The notes under the pieces are model-generated. The model ran no database searches, was not told the DNA's origin, and saw only the letters and a program-made list of their open reading frames with translations. A DNA stretch of 64,000 nt. It comes from an uncultured Planctomycetales bacterium. GTDB taxonomy: Bacteria > Omnitrophota > Gorgyraeia > Zapsychrales > Fredricksoniimonadaceae. Positions 1 through 10,555 of this stretch are shown one piece after another (position 1 is the stretch's first letter; every line of letters begins with the position of its first letter). Both the position numbers and the translations under genes were made by a program. The stretch covers positions 19,089-83,088 of the forward strand of contig CAZNDZ010000002.1 in the NCBI GenBank assembly GCA_964572155.1, given 5' to 3'.

Positions 1-161
1 CAATAAGGATAATAATATGTTTTAATGATGGCCGTTGCACGCCCCTCTTCAAGGGACTTTGTCGATGATCCCCATATCTTTTTTAAAACCTCAGAGGGAG
101 AATCTACGCTGGCACAACCACCAAGAATCACCAGAGCCATTAATAAGAAATATTTTTTCAT
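1..161 (-). CDS. Partial lipoprotein gene, 5' end only (MKKYFLLMALVILGGCASVDSPSEVLKKIWGSS...); continues past coordinate 1
   Basis: My own reverse-complement translation. ATG at 161-159, signal peptide with lipobox LGGC, no stop before the window edge. Absent from the ORF track because under 60 aa. Start lies 4 nt downstream of the stop of the 165-947 gene. Confidence 0.4.
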   Translation of the reverse strand, partial: MKKYFLLMALVILGGCASVDSPSEVLKKIWGSSTKSLEEGRATAIIKTYYYPY

Positions 162-164
162 GAT

Positions 165-947
165 TTAAACCTTTTCTTCTACCTGAATGCGGTAATTTTC
201 ACAAATGCGTTCTAAACCAGCAATTTGAGCCCGTTGACGCAATAATTCTTGTTGAAACATTTGAGTTTGATTAAACATATTCTCATTTGAAACACGTAAC
301 GTATCATTGGTCTCTTTTAACGTTGCCACTTCTGACTGTAAGGTCAATGCCTGTGCTCGCGTTTCTTCAAGCTCTCTGGTTAATGATTGAACAGATTGTG
401 TTGAGGACTCACGGTTATTAATAATCGCTTCTTTTTCAGCTTTTAATGTTTCAATGGTTTCCCCTGCATGCTTTAGATCTTCTTCCATGCGTTGGCGAAT
501 AGCCATAGCCTCTTGCTCTAACTCACCTAATTTTGCTTGCGCTTGGCTTAATTGGCTCGTTAGCATAAAATTATCTTGGCGCAATTGATCTGTCTGTTTT
601 TGAGCTTCAATCAAGTCTTCATTTTTATCTGAAGATTGAACAGATGCCATTTTCAAATCTTGATTCTCTTGGGTTAATTTATCTATCAAAGCCATGGCTT
701 CACTAGCTTGCGAAGTGCCTCTGTCAGAAATTTCCTTTAACTCGTATTCCAATGCCTCGACGCGCATTTTATATTCTATCTCAGCTTGGGATGGACCAGC
801 CTGTTCAACTTTGTCTTGAACCACGGTGATTGGCTCGACTTTTTGTTCGGCAGGTTTTTTTGTTTCTTTGTTAAATAAATAAAATAAGAAGCCAACAACG
901 CAGGCTGCAGCCACAACAATCCCAATTAAAACATAAACTGCAATCAT
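165..947 (-). CDS. Membrane-anchored coiled-coil protein (N-terminal TM helix, long heptad-rich Q/E/L-rich region)
   Basis: Hydrophobic N-terminus IAVYVLIGIVVAAACVVGFLFYLF followed by low-complexity coiled-coil-like sequence. No enzymatic motif. Confidence 0.45.
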   Translation of the reverse strand: MIAVYVLIGIVVAAACVVGFLFYLFNKETKKPAEQKVEPITVVQDKVEQAGPSQAEIEYKMRVEALEYELKEISDRGTSQASEAMALIDKLTQENQDLKMASVQSSDKNEDLIEAQKQTDQLRQDNFMLTSQLSQAQAKLGELEQEAMAIRQRMEEDLKHAGETIETLKAEKEAIINNRESSTQSVQSLTRELEETRAQALTLQSEVATLKETNDTLRVSNENMFNQTQMFQQELLRQRAQIAGLERICENYRIQVEEKV

Positions 948-957
948 CCAAGCCTCC

Positions 958-1956
958 TTACCAGATGCTCTTGTCTTTTAAATATTGGCTGTAATCAGCA
1001 ACTGCCGCTTCTAATGACATAAATGGCTTATCGTAACCCGCACGTCGCAACTTTGTCATATCACCTTGAGTAAAATACTGATATTTATCCCTCAATATCA
1101 CAGGCATTTCGATATATTCCACATTGAAAGGCTTTCCCGCATTCTTAAATAAAGCTTTGGCCAAATCATTCCATGTGCGCGCTTGTCCTGTCGCTACATT
1201 GAATATCCCATTAATCGCGGGATGTTTCATAAAGAACATCATGACATCAACGACATCTTTAACATACACAAAATCTCTTTTTTGCTCACCATCCTTGTAA
1301 TCCGGATGATACGACTTAAATAAAACCATTTTACCTTCAGCAACAACACGGTCATATGACTTTGCGATTACACTTTTCATATCACCTTTATGATATTCAT
1401 TAGGTCCAAACACATTAAAGAACTTTAAACCAACCACTTTATGTTGCAGACCATTATCTAAAACCCATTGATCAAAACGCTGCTTGGAATCACCATACAA
1501 ATTGAGTGGTTTAAGGCTCGAGATTTTACCTTCATCGTCACTATACCCCGCTTCACCAGCACCATAGGTCGCCGCTGAAGAGGCATAAATCAAACGCGCA
1601 TTGTACTTTAACGCCCATTGCGCGACAGTTATTGAATATTCATAATTATTTTTTTGAAAATACTCTGCGTCAGAAACAGTTGTTGAACTACAAGCACCCA
1701 TATGAAAGATGCATTCAACATCGTAGTCAAATTGATCACGCTTAAGCAGCTTTAAATACTCTGCCTTATCAAAATACCGCACATACTTTTTATTAGCTAA
1801 ATTTCTTTTTGATAGATCATCGTCAGATTCATAGTGATCAACGACAATGAGGTCATTGCGACCCAACTCATTTAATTTGGCAACCAAGCAGCTACCAATA
1901 AAACCTGCTGCTCCTGTAACTACAATCACGGTTGCTCCTTGGTGACATGCGAGCAA
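958..1956 (-). CDS. hldD: ADP-L-glycero-D-manno-heptose-6-epimerase (extended SDR)
   Basis: VVTGAAGFIGS Rossmann motif, GACSSTT, LIYASSAATYG, LNLYGDSK (YxxxK), FFNVFGPNEYHKG and RDFVYVKDV all match the HldD/RfaD pattern. The N-terminal 8 residues of the track ORF are probably not translated. Confidence 0.85.
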   Translation of the reverse strand: MLACHQGATVIVVTGAAGFIGSCLVAKLNELGRNDLIVVDHYESDDDLSKRNLANKKYVRYFDKAEYLKLLKRDQFDYDVECIFHMGACSSTTVSDAEYFQKNNYEYSITVAQWALKYNARLIYASSAATYGAGEAGYSDDEGKISSLKPLNLYGDSKQRFDQWVLDNGLQHKVVGLKFFNVFGPNEYHKGDMKSVIAKSYDRVVAEGKMVLFKSYHPDYKDGEQKRDFVYVKDVVDVMMFFMKHPAINGIFNVATGQARTWNDLAKALFKNAGKPFNVEYIEMPVILRDKYQYFTQGDMTKLRRAGYDKPFMSLEAAVADYSQYLKDKSIW

Positions 1957-2492
1957 ATAAACTGACCAATGGCATTACCTATGCTTAAACCTGCCTGCAT
2001 CGGATTTTCTTTAGAATTATTAAATGTTTTTGAAGAAGCGAAACTTAAAACACGCATGCCCGTGCTGCGGTCATAAACTTCACCACTAATACTTACACGA
2101 GATCGCTGCTTTAATAAAAACATCTTAGAAAACTTCGACGGGACAGAAAACTCCTCGATATATCCTTCGAAAACCAAATTAGCTTCATGAGGATCATTGG
2201 TGATGGTGATACCCACATTGCTATTTACGATGACATCGGTCACACCTTGAATTATTTTTAGCGCGACACGATCAGTTTGTTCATCAGCAATGGCCAAGGG
2301 GCCAGCCTTCAAATCCGTAAAGGCAATGCGACCACCCTTATTTAACTTATCTTGGAGTACAATATTGCCGGTGATATCAATGCGTTGGTTTAGCACCGGA
2401 GATGCTTTAGGCTCAACAACTTTGCGGGGACCATGCGCGGCACAACCACATAAAACTAATAACATTAAGGAACAAAATAGAATATTTTTCAT
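1926..2492 (-). CDS. Lipoprotein of unknown function (signal peptide + Cys lipobox)
   Basis: MKNILFCSLMLLVLCGCAAHG lipobox and a mixed beta-rich mature part. Overlaps the hldD start by 31 nt. Confidence 0.5.
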   Translation of the reverse strand: MKNILFCSLMLLVLCGCAAHGPRKVVEPKASPVLNQRIDITGNIVLQDKLNKGGRIAFTDLKAGPLAIADEQTDRVALKIIQGVTDVIVNSNVGITITNDPHEANLVFEGYIEEFSVPSKFSKMFLLKQRSRVSISGEVYDRSTGMRVLSFASSKTFNNSKENPMQAGLSIGNAIGQFICSHVTKEQP

Positions 2493-2523
2493 GGGTCAAT
2501 CTTAACATAGGTAAAATAGAGGC

Positions 2524-3525
2524 TCAAGTAGTTTTCGAGCGGGAAATCATTTTGAAACGAACGTCTTTTTCGTCATAAATCTCGCCAAACAACTCCTCTA
2601 ACACATCTTCCATGGTCACCAAACCGACGTTGTGCCCATAATTATCTTGAACAATAAATAAATGCTGATGAAAAGATTGAAACTTTTCCATGAGCGCATC
2701 TGCCTTCATCATATGATTGACATAGATGGGCTTTAGCATCCATTCACTGACCCTAGCGCCATCATTATCTTTAGCTAATTCACGTAGTAAAATGCGATGT
2801 TGAACAATGCCCACAATATTATTGCGCTCTGCGGCACAAACAACCAAGCGATTATACGGCGCTGCTAAGATTTCATCTTTAGCTTCTTTTAATGTTTTAT
2901 TCTGTTCAAGCATGTAAACATCTTTGATCGGCTTCATGATTTGACCAGCACGCAGATCGTTGAGTTTAAAGACACGATTGATTAAGATTTCTTCATCTAA
3001 CTCGACAGTCCCTGAGTCTCGACCAATCTTTAGCATCATCTTAATCTCTTCTTCGCTTACCCGCGTCTTCTCACCATGTATAAATGGCCATGTGACAAGC
3101 CTAGCAAATAACATAATGGGTTTAAATCCCCACAATAAAATACGAACTGGCTTAGCAAACAACAAAGCGATCGGAATCTTAAATCGTTCTCCAATGCCCT
3201 TCGGAATGACTTCTCCAAAAACAATAATACAAAACGTTAAAATACCTGTAGCTATCCCTAAATATACGTCCCCTAAGACCTCAGTGATCTCATGGCCTAT
3301 GTACATAGAGCCTGCAATGTTTATAGTATTGTTAATAATAACAATAGTGGCGACAGCTGCTGCTATATTCTCTTTTACATAAAGCAAATCTTTAGAATTT
3401 AGGCGTTTTTCTTCAACCAACATGCGGGCCCGCAACATAGGAAGGCTTAAAATTGCAGCTTCTACCATGGAACAAATAAATGAAACACAAATTAGAATTA
3501 ATGCTGAAAAAATAATGGTTGTCAT
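2524..3525 (-). CDS. CNNM/HlyC-CorC family membrane protein (DUF21 transmembrane domain + CBS pair)
   Basis: Four N-terminal TM helices (DUF21-like), then a CBS-pair region (LNDLRAGQIMKP...VGLVTMEDVLEELFGEI). Ends without a CorC_HlyC C-terminal domain. Confidence 0.7.
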   Translation of the reverse strand: MTTIIFSALILICVSFICSMVEAAILSLPMLRARMLVEEKRLNSKDLLYVKENIAAAVATIVIINNTINIAGSMYIGHEITEVLGDVYLGIATGILTFCIIVFGEVIPKGIGERFKIPIALLFAKPVRILLWGFKPIMLFARLVTWPFIHGEKTRVSEEEIKMMLKIGRDSGTVELDEEILINRVFKLNDLRAGQIMKPIKDVYMLEQNKTLKEAKDEILAAPYNRLVVCAAERNNIVGIVQHRILLRELAKDNDGARVSEWMLKPIYVNHMMKADALMEKFQSFHQHLFIVQDNYGHNVGLVTMEDVLEELFGEIYDEKDVRFKMISRSKTT

Positions 3526-3529
3526 AAAA

Positions 3530-4702
3530 TTATTTTAAAACAATCGAACGAAGGGCTTGCATGTCTACAACCGATGACGGTTTTCTAAAATAATACCCCT
3601 GTCCTAAGCTAACACCAAGTTCCATAACCATATCCAGATCTTCTTTCGTTTCAATCCCTTCGGCTATACAGATTATCCCGCTTTCTACACAAAACTCAAC
3701 AATTAATCTCACCAAACTTCTCTTAAAATGATCTGTACTTAAACCTGTCACGATATGACGATCTATTTTAACCACTTCTGGTTTTGTCTGCATGATCACA
3801 TCAAGGCTTGAGTACCCTGCACCTACATCATCGACTGCAATCTTAAACCCCTGATGTTTAAAATGTGCTACTTGTCTTAAGAATGTATCGTAAACTGATA
3901 TCGCAGAACGTTCTGTAACTTCTAAGAAAACGTGGCGATTAATCATATCAAAACCTTCAAACACATCTTTAATGATAAATGGATTATTATTCTCAATCAA
4001 ATGCGGGCTACAGTTTAAGAATAAATGTTCTGCTCCAAAAGTTTTTTGAGCTACTTCTAAAGCTTTTTTCCAGACAATCATTTCAAGTTCAAAATAACAA
4101 CCAAATCGCATGGCCACTTTAAACAAGGCTTCAGGATTTGAAAGGATCCCTGTTGTTTGTGGCCTAGATAAAACTTCTAAGCCATAGAGACGTAACGGAC
4201 TTAATTGGTAAATTGGTTGGAAGAATGGGATAACATTTTTTTGATCAACGATAGCATGCAACTTCTCTAACATTTCACAATTGGCATCCTCATGAATTTT
4301 ACTAGCTACTTGATTGCGCAAAATTGATGTTTCTACACGGATCACCAAATCATCCCAATCAACTGGTTTTTGGATAAAATCATCGGCCCCCATGTGAAAG
4401 GATTCAATCTTCTCTGATGCACGCCCATGACCACCAATCACAATAATAGGAATATGTTTTGTCACTGCATCCATTTTCAAATCATGACACAACTTAAGTC
4501 CATTACCATCCGGCAAAGATGTATCTACAATAACCAAATCAATAGAAGCACCTGCCTTTGATAAGCCATCTTTTCCTGTTTCGGCAGAAACAACGTTATA
4601 TCCTTGATTGGTTAAAATAGTGGCAACGTATTGTGATATTTCTGTTGAATGGCTAATAATTAAGATGGATTGCTTTTGTATAGCCATGCTATTTGCCCCC
4701 AT
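3530..4702 (-). CDS. Response regulator receiver + EAL domain protein (putative c-di-GMP phosphodiesterase)
   Basis: REC domain with acceptor Asp (DLVIVDTSLPDGNG). EAL domain motifs FFQPIY, EVLSRP (EAL variant), EVTER, DDVGAGYSSL, KIDR. The true start may be the internal MAIQ. Confidence 0.8.
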   Translation of the reverse strand: MGANSMAIQKQSILIISHSTEISQYVATILTNQGYNVVSAETGKDGLSKAGASIDLVIVDTSLPDGNGLKLCHDLKMDAVTKHIPIIVIGGHGRASEKIESFHMGADDFIQKPVDWDDLVIRVETSILRNQVASKIHEDANCEMLEKLHAIVDQKNVIPFFQPIYQLSPLRLYGLEVLSRPQTTGILSNPEALFKVAMRFGCYFELEMIVWKKALEVAQKTFGAEHLFLNCSPHLIENNNPFIIKDVFEGFDMINRHVFLEVTERSAISVYDTFLRQVAHFKHQGFKIAVDDVGAGYSSLDVIMQTKPEVVKIDRHIVTGLSTDHFKRSLVRLIVEFCVESGIICIAEGIETKEDLDMVMELGVSLGQGYYFRKPSSVVDMQALRSIVLK

Positions 4703-4776
4703 TTCGTATTTAACTATTTATAGTATATACGACAATGCAAGCAAAAACCATCAAACATCGACGGGAAAACGTTTTT

Positions 4777-5310
4777 TTAATATAAATAGTTGATAAACTG
4801 AAATGAGATACCGTTTTCTGAAATATAATCAGAAATAACAGGCTCTTTTAAAGATGGCGGGATTGTTGGGAAATGAACATCGCAGCCGAAATCACCTTCT
4901 ACCTTGGTTACATAAATGGCAGAATAACGCTTTCTTGGATCATTTAAGATCGTTTCAAAAATACTACTACCACCAATGACAAAAATATTCTCAATGGATG
5001 CATCTTTCTCTAATCTATCTATAGCATCCTCTAGTTTGCCATGCACCCAAACATCTTTTGGAAATGAATCTTGTTGTTGTTTTTTGGTTAAAACAACATT
5101 GATTCTACCTGGCAATGGACGCCGATTTTCAGGCAAAGAATCCCATGTCTTTCGACCCATGATCACGGCATTCTTCTTTGTTGGATGACTAACGGAAGTT
5201 GTGATTTCTTTAAATCGTTTTAAATCAGATGGGATATGCCATGCTAAGGTTCCAGACTTACCAATACCTTGCTTTTCATCCATCGCTACAATGATTTGAA
5301 TTTTTTTCAT
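4777..5310 (-). CDS. folA: Dihydrofolate reductase
   Basis: [38 protein letters not shown] and VIMGRKTW...IGG are DHFR signatures. ATG verified at 5310. 4-nt overlap with thyA. Confidence 0.85.
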   Translation of the reverse strand: MKKIQIIVAMDEKQGIGKSGTLAWHIPSDLKRFKEITTSVSHPTKKNAVIMGRKTWDSLPENRRPLPGRINVVLTKKQQQDSFPKDVWVHGKLEDAIDRLEKDASIENIFVIGGSSIFETILNDPRKRYSAIYVTKVEGDFGCDVHFPTIPPSLKEPVISDYISENGISFQFINYLY

Positions 5311-6122
5311 ACAGCAATTGGAAATTTAATAAAAGCAGCAGGTTTATATCCTGTTAATTTAAAATCTTCGAATTTATAATCCAAAACATTTTTCTTTGGT
5401 AATTCTAATTTTGGAAGCTCTGTTGGCGTTCTTTCTAGTTGCGTTTTAATGCCATCGACATGATTCAGATAAATATGCGCATCACCCAATGTATGGGTAA
5501 AAATACCTGGGACTAAATTGCATTCTTGAGCAACCATGGTCATCAATAATGCGTAGCTTGCAATATTAAACGGCACGCCTAAAGCCACATCTGCTGAACG
5601 CTGATACAATTGACAATCAAGACGGCCATTGGCTACATAGAATTGAAAAAACGCATGACATGGCGGCAAGGCCATCTTATCGATATCCCCCACATTCCAC
5701 GCGCTCACAATGATTCTTCGTGAAGTAGGATTAGTCTTAATTAGATGCAGGGCTTGAACAATTTGATCAACATAGGTTTGTTTATAGGACTTTGTATTCT
5801 CATCAAAAACGATTTTTGGCCAACGACGCCATTGATACCCATAAATAGGGCCTAATTCTCCATCAGGCTTTGCCCATGCATTCCAAATGGGTGTGTGTTG
5901 GGTTAAATCATCGTTAATATTTGTAGATCCTTTTAGAAACCAAATGAGCTCATAAACAACAGCATCAAACAAAACTTTTTTTGTGGTTAACAAAGGAAAA
6001 CCATCGCGTAGATCGTATTTGGATTGGTAACCAAACACGGAGATAGTACCCGTCCCTGTACGGTCTTCTTTGCGTTCACCGTTATCTAAAATATATTTTA
6101 CGAGTTCTAAATATTGCTTCAT
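5307..6122 (-). CDS. thyA: Thymidylate synthase
   Basis: [26 protein letters not shown]...; PPCH; [11 protein letters not shown]. The track start at 6131 is GTG. ATG at 6122 forms an ATGA overlap with the upstream stop. Confidence 0.9.
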   Translation of the reverse strand: MKQYLELVKYILDNGERKEDRTGTGTISVFGYQSKYDLRDGFPLLTTKKVLFDAVVYELIWFLKGSTNINDDLTQHTPIWNAWAKPDGELGPIYGYQWRRWPKIVFDENTKSYKQTYVDQIVQALHLIKTNPTSRRIIVSAWNVGDIDKMALPPCHAFFQFYVANGRLDCQLYQRSADVALGVPFNIASYALLMTMVAQECNLVPGIFTHTLGDAHIYLNHVDGIKTQLERTPTELPKLELPKKNVLDYKFEDFKLTGYKPAAFIKFPIAV

Positions 6123-8152
6123 GTGCGCCACATTTTATCACGGTATTCTTCCACCATGCGTTGGGTGTTAAAGAAAGCTCCTCGATAAATACAATTGATC
6201 ATTTTATCAATCCACTCACTTTTAAGATCTATGGTCCCATTCTTATTGGTTTGATAATATAGCGTCATGACTTTCTTTAAAGCCTGACACAATGCTGCGG
6301 AATCTTCATCTAAACGCAAATCACTTTCTGAACCAATTTCTTTACCATGATGCTCATAACCAAAAATCCAGCCAATATTATCATGCTCTGCTTCAACCAC
6401 CCATCCATCAAGGGTTGATAATTGCACAACACCATTTAATATAGCTTTCATCCCACTGGTTCCTGAAGCTTCAAATGGAGGCAATGGATTATTAAGCCAA
6501 ACGTCTACAGAGTTGCTTAACAATTTACCAAAGTAGGTGTCATAGTTTTCTAAAATTAAGACTTTGATCACATCGTAATTGGCATTTAGCTTATCGATAT
6601 GGCTTAAGATTTCTTGAATATGGGCTGCACCAATATTATCATTTGGATGCGCTTTGCCTGCTAAGATGATTTGAATCGGACCTACCGTTTTAGCTAAATT
6701 CAAAACTTCATCGATACGATGAAAGATCAACGACGGACGCTTATAGCCCGTGATGCGCCTTGCCCAACTGACGGTTAAAACATTCTCATCTAATTTCCAT
6801 GGCTTAACCACATCAAACAAAGCCCGCTTATTGACTTGATGGGCAATAAATAAATCTTCTCGAAATTTCTGATCATCTTTTAACTTTACGATTTCTGCTA
6901 AATTCTTAGGATTTGAGCGCCAATCACCTAAAACGTGATTGTACTTATCAAACAAATGGCCAAAGCTTTCAGATAACCATGTGTGTAAGTGAACACCATT
7001 GGTGATTGCATCAATATGATTCGCAAAATCAGGGAACTGAAGCCGCATGATATCACCATGCTTTTGTGCTACAGCATTTGTACGACGACAATTATCCAAA
7101 CATATATACGTTAAATTAACATCTGTAGAGGTCTTAGTTTCTTTACCATATTGCTGCATGACATCAGTATATTCATCTGTAAAGATATCAGTCAAATCGT
7201 TAATACCAAAACGATCATGGCCAGCAGCCACAGGTGTATGACACGTATAAACAAATTTCTTTTTTTCTTGTTCCATTAAACGCGGATCATTTAATTGCAA
7301 AGCTTTTTCAACTAAAGCAAAGGCCGCATGACCTTCATTTAAATGATACGTCGCAGGCGCAATATTAAGCTCTTTTAAAGCTTTCATCCCACCAATACCT
7401 AAAATGGAACGTTGAAAAATTCTCCATGACACATGATCACTGCGATATAACTGATCGGTAAGTTGTCTGAAATGCTCACTATTTTCAGGAAGATTTGAAT
7501 CGAGCAAAACTAAAGGACATACTTTGGTTTTATCAAAACTATATACATAATATTTCCAAAGGCGCAAGTGTAAATCACCTGTCTTCGTCGGAATAATCAC
7601 GCGATTCTTAAGGGGAATAAGTCCTGGATAACTTAAGGGATCCCAACTTAATTCTTCAGGTACTTGCCCGTGTTTATACCAAAAGTTTTGTTTAAAATAC
7701 CCTTTATTCCAAAGAATACCTAACGCAACAACTGGTAAACCTAGATCTGCAATACTTTTTACAGTATCCCCCGCTAAAACACCTAGCCCACCACTATAAA
7801 TAGGAATATCCAACATTTTATTAATGTTGATTTTAAATACATAGTCCGATAACCAATAATTCGAAAAAACCTCATGCTTAAAAAATTGATTCTTAGGACT
7901 CATGGAACGGTTAAGCTTTAAAGAATTGTAAATACTTGGCGCTAAGCCGTATTCCATGGAGAAATATGCTATTGGGTTTTCTTTTGCATTTAGAAGCCTT
8001 GCCTCTGCTTCTAAAATGGGCTTAATTGGAAAACCAAAGTAGGTCTCGCTGTTAATATCTTGGGAGTAATGATTAAAATTCTCTATGTGGCTGATGAATT
8101 GATCGTATGTCATATGTGAGTTTTTATTATAACAAAAGGGTTTTAATTTCAA
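6119..8152 (-). CDS. Alpha-glucan (glycogen/maltodextrin) phosphorylase family protein, GT35
   Basis: YFSMEYGL near the N-terminus and the PLP-lysine motif [14 protein letters not shown]. Confidence 0.75.
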   Translation of the reverse strand: MKLKPFCYNKNSHMTYDQFISHIENFNHYSQDINSETYFGFPIKPILEAEARLLNAKENPIAYFSMEYGLAPSIYNSLKLNRSMSPKNQFFKHEVFSNYWLSDYVFKININKMLDIPIYSGGLGVLAGDTVKSIADLGLPVVALGILWNKGYFKQNFWYKHGQVPEELSWDPLSYPGLIPLKNRVIIPTKTGDLHLRLWKYYVYSFDKTKVCPLVLLDSNLPENSEHFRQLTDQLYRSDHVSWRIFQRSILGIGGMKALKELNIAPATYHLNEGHAAFALVEKALQLNDPRLMEQEKKKFVYTCHTPVAAGHDRFGINDLTDIFTDEYTDVMQQYGKETKTSTDVNLTYICLDNCRRTNAVAQKHGDIMRLQFPDFANHIDAITNGVHLHTWLSESFGHLFDKYNHVLGDWRSNPKNLAEIVKLKDDQKFREDLFIAHQVNKRALFDVVKPWKLDENVLTVSWARRITGYKRPSLIFHRIDEVLNLAKTVGPIQIILAGKAHPNDNIGAAHIQEILSHIDKLNANYDVIKVLILENYDTYFGKLLSNSVDVWLNNPLPPFEASGTSGMKAILNGVVQLSTLDGWVVEAEHDNIGWIFGYEHHGKEIGSESDLRLDEDSAALCQALKKVMTLYYQTNKNGTIDLKSEWIDKMINCIYRGAFFNTQRMVEEYRDKMWRT

Positions 8153-9693
8153 ACCCCTAAATCATAAATAAAAATATCTCCTTGGGATTGCGCTGCTGAC
8201 AAGAAATGTAACGATCGAAATAAATCTTGATTATGGTCCAAGACAAACCTCTCAAGCAAATCTCGATTTAAATGTGGCATCTGTTTTATCAGGGTTGATT
8301 GTGATCGTAACTGCTTAATAAACGCTAACTCTTCTAAACTAAAACGACGCTCATCTGTTGTCCATGAGATATACAGCTGTGGATCGATGATCAAATAACG
8401 GTACCCTTGCCTAACATATGCAGCTGTTTCTTCCAAAGATTTTGGCAAAGCCACAACATCACGCACTTCATCCACAAAAAGCTGTTCAAGCACTGGTTGC
8501 GTGGTGATCATTTTTGCTTTGTGATCTATGGTCTTTACATCAGCAATTGCTTTGGCGTACGACGTTGTACTAAAGATCACAGCACTATTCGTAAATATAA
8601 AGCCGATGATCATGGCTAAAAATATCCCCGTGGCTACCTTCGCATGCATTTTGTATATCTCACCAATCACGTAGGCTGTTGCCATGCAAGCAAAAGGCAA
8701 AACAACACATAAATACCTTGCTCCTTTTTCTGCCGCAAATGAGAATATGAACATTTGTAATAAGACAATCAAGAATGGCAACAACACGCTGAACTGACGC
8801 TTGAGACAAAGATAAAAACTGCAAAAAAACATAAGCCCAAATATGACATTTTCTAACTTGAATAGATAATATGGGAAGGATAAAAAGTTATACCATTGTC
8901 TATAAACTCCTGATTCACCCGCCTGGTTTAACATCCACGCCGCATTGACTTTTAAATTGATACCATTCTCCAAAAGTCCAAGCAGGATAAAACCTGCCGC
9001 ATACATAGCAAGAAAACCTAACAGCTTTTTAAAATCCAACTTACTTCGCTCAATATATGCATCTAATCCCCATATCAGGATTACAAAAATAGGCGCTACA
9101 ATCATGCGGTAATTGGTTAAAAAAACTGCAAACATGCAAAGCGCTGATGCAGCAACCATGAGATTAAAACTTTTCTTGCTAAAGACAAAGCAATACATCC
9201 CCCCTAAAAATAACAATGTGCTCAATGCTTCTTGCATGCCCTGCCTGGAATAAAATACATGGCTTGGTAATAATGCTAAGACAACGGCGCTTACAATTGC
9301 TATGGGTGTCGATTTAAAATAACGACGTGCAAAGAAAAACGTTAGCCCTATTGTCAATAAACCACAGATGGCTGATAAAATGCGCGAAAAATACAACCCA
9401 TCGACACCCACAATAAAAACCCTCATATTAACTAAAAAAAACCACAAAGCCTTAGGCGTTGTTAAAGCGGTATTAAAAATTAATTTTAGGATGATTAGAA
9501 ACTCAGATATATTTTTGGGAGGGTTATGTTCAACAAGATTAAGAAATGAACGATTGTAGGCTAAGTACATGCCTTCATCATAAAATAGAAAGTCTTGGGT
9601 TGTAATATGGTAAAAGCGCACAAAGAGCGCCAATATTACGACACAAAAGAGCCCACAACTAACGATAGATTTGAAAGAGTACAGTGTTTTCAT
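8149..9693 (-). CDS. GT-C fold glycosyltransferase, ArnT/PMT-like (GT39/GT83-type) polytopic membrane protein
   Basis: At least 10 predicted TM helices. DE motif (FLFYDEGMY) in the first extracytoplasmic loop after TM1, as in ArnT/PMT enzymes. C-terminal soluble domain. 35-nt overlap with the TPR gene. Confidence 0.55.
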   Translation of the reverse strand: MKTLYSFKSIVSCGLFCVVILALFVRFYHITTQDFLFYDEGMYLAYNRSFLNLVEHNPPKNISEFLIILKLIFNTALTTPKALWFFLVNMRVFIVGVDGLYFSRILSAICGLLTIGLTFFFARRYFKSTPIAIVSAVVLALLPSHVFYSRQGMQEALSTLLFLGGMYCFVFSKKSFNLMVAASALCMFAVFLTNYRMIVAPIFVILIWGLDAYIERSKLDFKKLLGFLAMYAAGFILLGLLENGINLKVNAAWMLNQAGESGVYRQWYNFLSFPYYLFKLENVIFGLMFFCSFYLCLKRQFSVLLPFLIVLLQMFIFSFAAEKGARYLCVVLPFACMATAYVIGEIYKMHAKVATGIFLAMIIGFIFTNSAVIFSTTSYAKAIADVKTIDHKAKMITTQPVLEQLFVDEVRDVVALPKSLEETAAYVRQGYRYLIIDPQLYISWTTDERRFSLEELAFIKQLRSQSTLIKQMPHLNRDLLERFVLDHNQDLFRSLHFLSAAQSQGDIFIYDLGV

Positions 9694-10555
9694 CCCAATG
9701 ATGCAAATCCTCTATATCACGATTTCGACGCCAACCATCTTTTTCTTGGAAATGCTTAAATGAAAGCAAGTCTTGTTTCTGACTTTCCACATCCCCTATC
9801 ATCCGCATGATAGCGGCTTTTAATTCATATGCTGCAGCGTAATTTGCCGCCACCTCAATGCTACGTAACGTAAAGGCCAACGCTTCTTTTATATATCCTA
9901 AATTATAGGATGCATATGCGGCATAATAAAAAATTTCAGGATCTTTTGGAAAAATTCTCATGGCACTCGCGGCATATTCGAGAATACCATCATAAGATTT
10001 TAATTGAACCAAACACTCAAATAAATGATTATACGCCATTAATTTATCCCATGGTAATCTTTGCTCAAAGTAGTAATCAAACATAACATGGTGTCGAAAT
10101 TTAGGATTTATATGTAGCGCATCTAATAAATCAGATTTGGTTTTTGGGATTAAATAAATCGCTTTTTTATACAATTCTTGAGCTGCTGCATAATCCTTTT
10201 GTCCCTGCTTGATCACCGCTAAGTCATAATATAACGCGTATAATTTGGGGTCCATGCGAATGGCAATGTTGTATTGTTCTATGGCTTTAGCCGTGTCCTT
10301 TAAATAATAATAACAAAATCCTAAATTAGCATGCATCGCTGCCGTTGAGAATTTTCCTGCGAGCAGCGTTTGATAATAAGCTTTTGCACGTTTAAATTCG
10401 TTTCTATCAAAAGGCTTTGTTCCGTAAGAGAAGAAATGCAAGTAGTCTGCACTCGGTCTAGAGGAATTTAAAACATCATCTGCCACTTGTCCTCGGTTAA
10501 ATGCAAAGAACAAAACCACAAACATGACGACAAAAATGATCCACCCACGCATCAT
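9659..10555 (-). CDS. TPR-repeat protein with N-terminal membrane anchor
   Basis: N-terminal TM (IIFVVMFVVLFFAF) followed by multiple TPR-like A/Y-rich repeats (AKAYYQTLLAGKF..., AKAIEQYNIAIRMDPK..., AQELYKKAIYL...). Start moved to the ATG at 10555, which makes an ATGA overlap with the upstream stop (the track start at 10645 would overlap by 94 nt). Confidence 0.55.
   Translation of the reverse strand: MMRGWIIFVVMFVVLFFAFNRGQVADDVLNSSRPSADYLHFFSYGTKPFDRNEFKRAKAYYQTLLAGKFSTAAMHANLGFCYYYLKDTAKAIEQYNIAIRMDPKLYALYYDLAVIKQGQKDYAAAQELYKKAIYLIPKTKSDLLDALHINPKFRHHVMFDYYFEQRLPWDKLMAYNHLFECLVQLKSYDGILEYAASAMRIFPKDPEIFYYAAYASYNLGYIKEALAFTLRSIEVAANYAAAYELKAAIMRMIGDVESQKQDLLSFKHFQEKDGWRRNRDIEDLHHWDENTVLFQIYR

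Noticed and set aside
4703-4776. AAAACGTTTT palindrome and A/T run after folA as a terminator
   Set aside because: No GC-rich stem precedes the T tract on the transcribed (minus) strand. More likely part of the REC-EAL promoter region.
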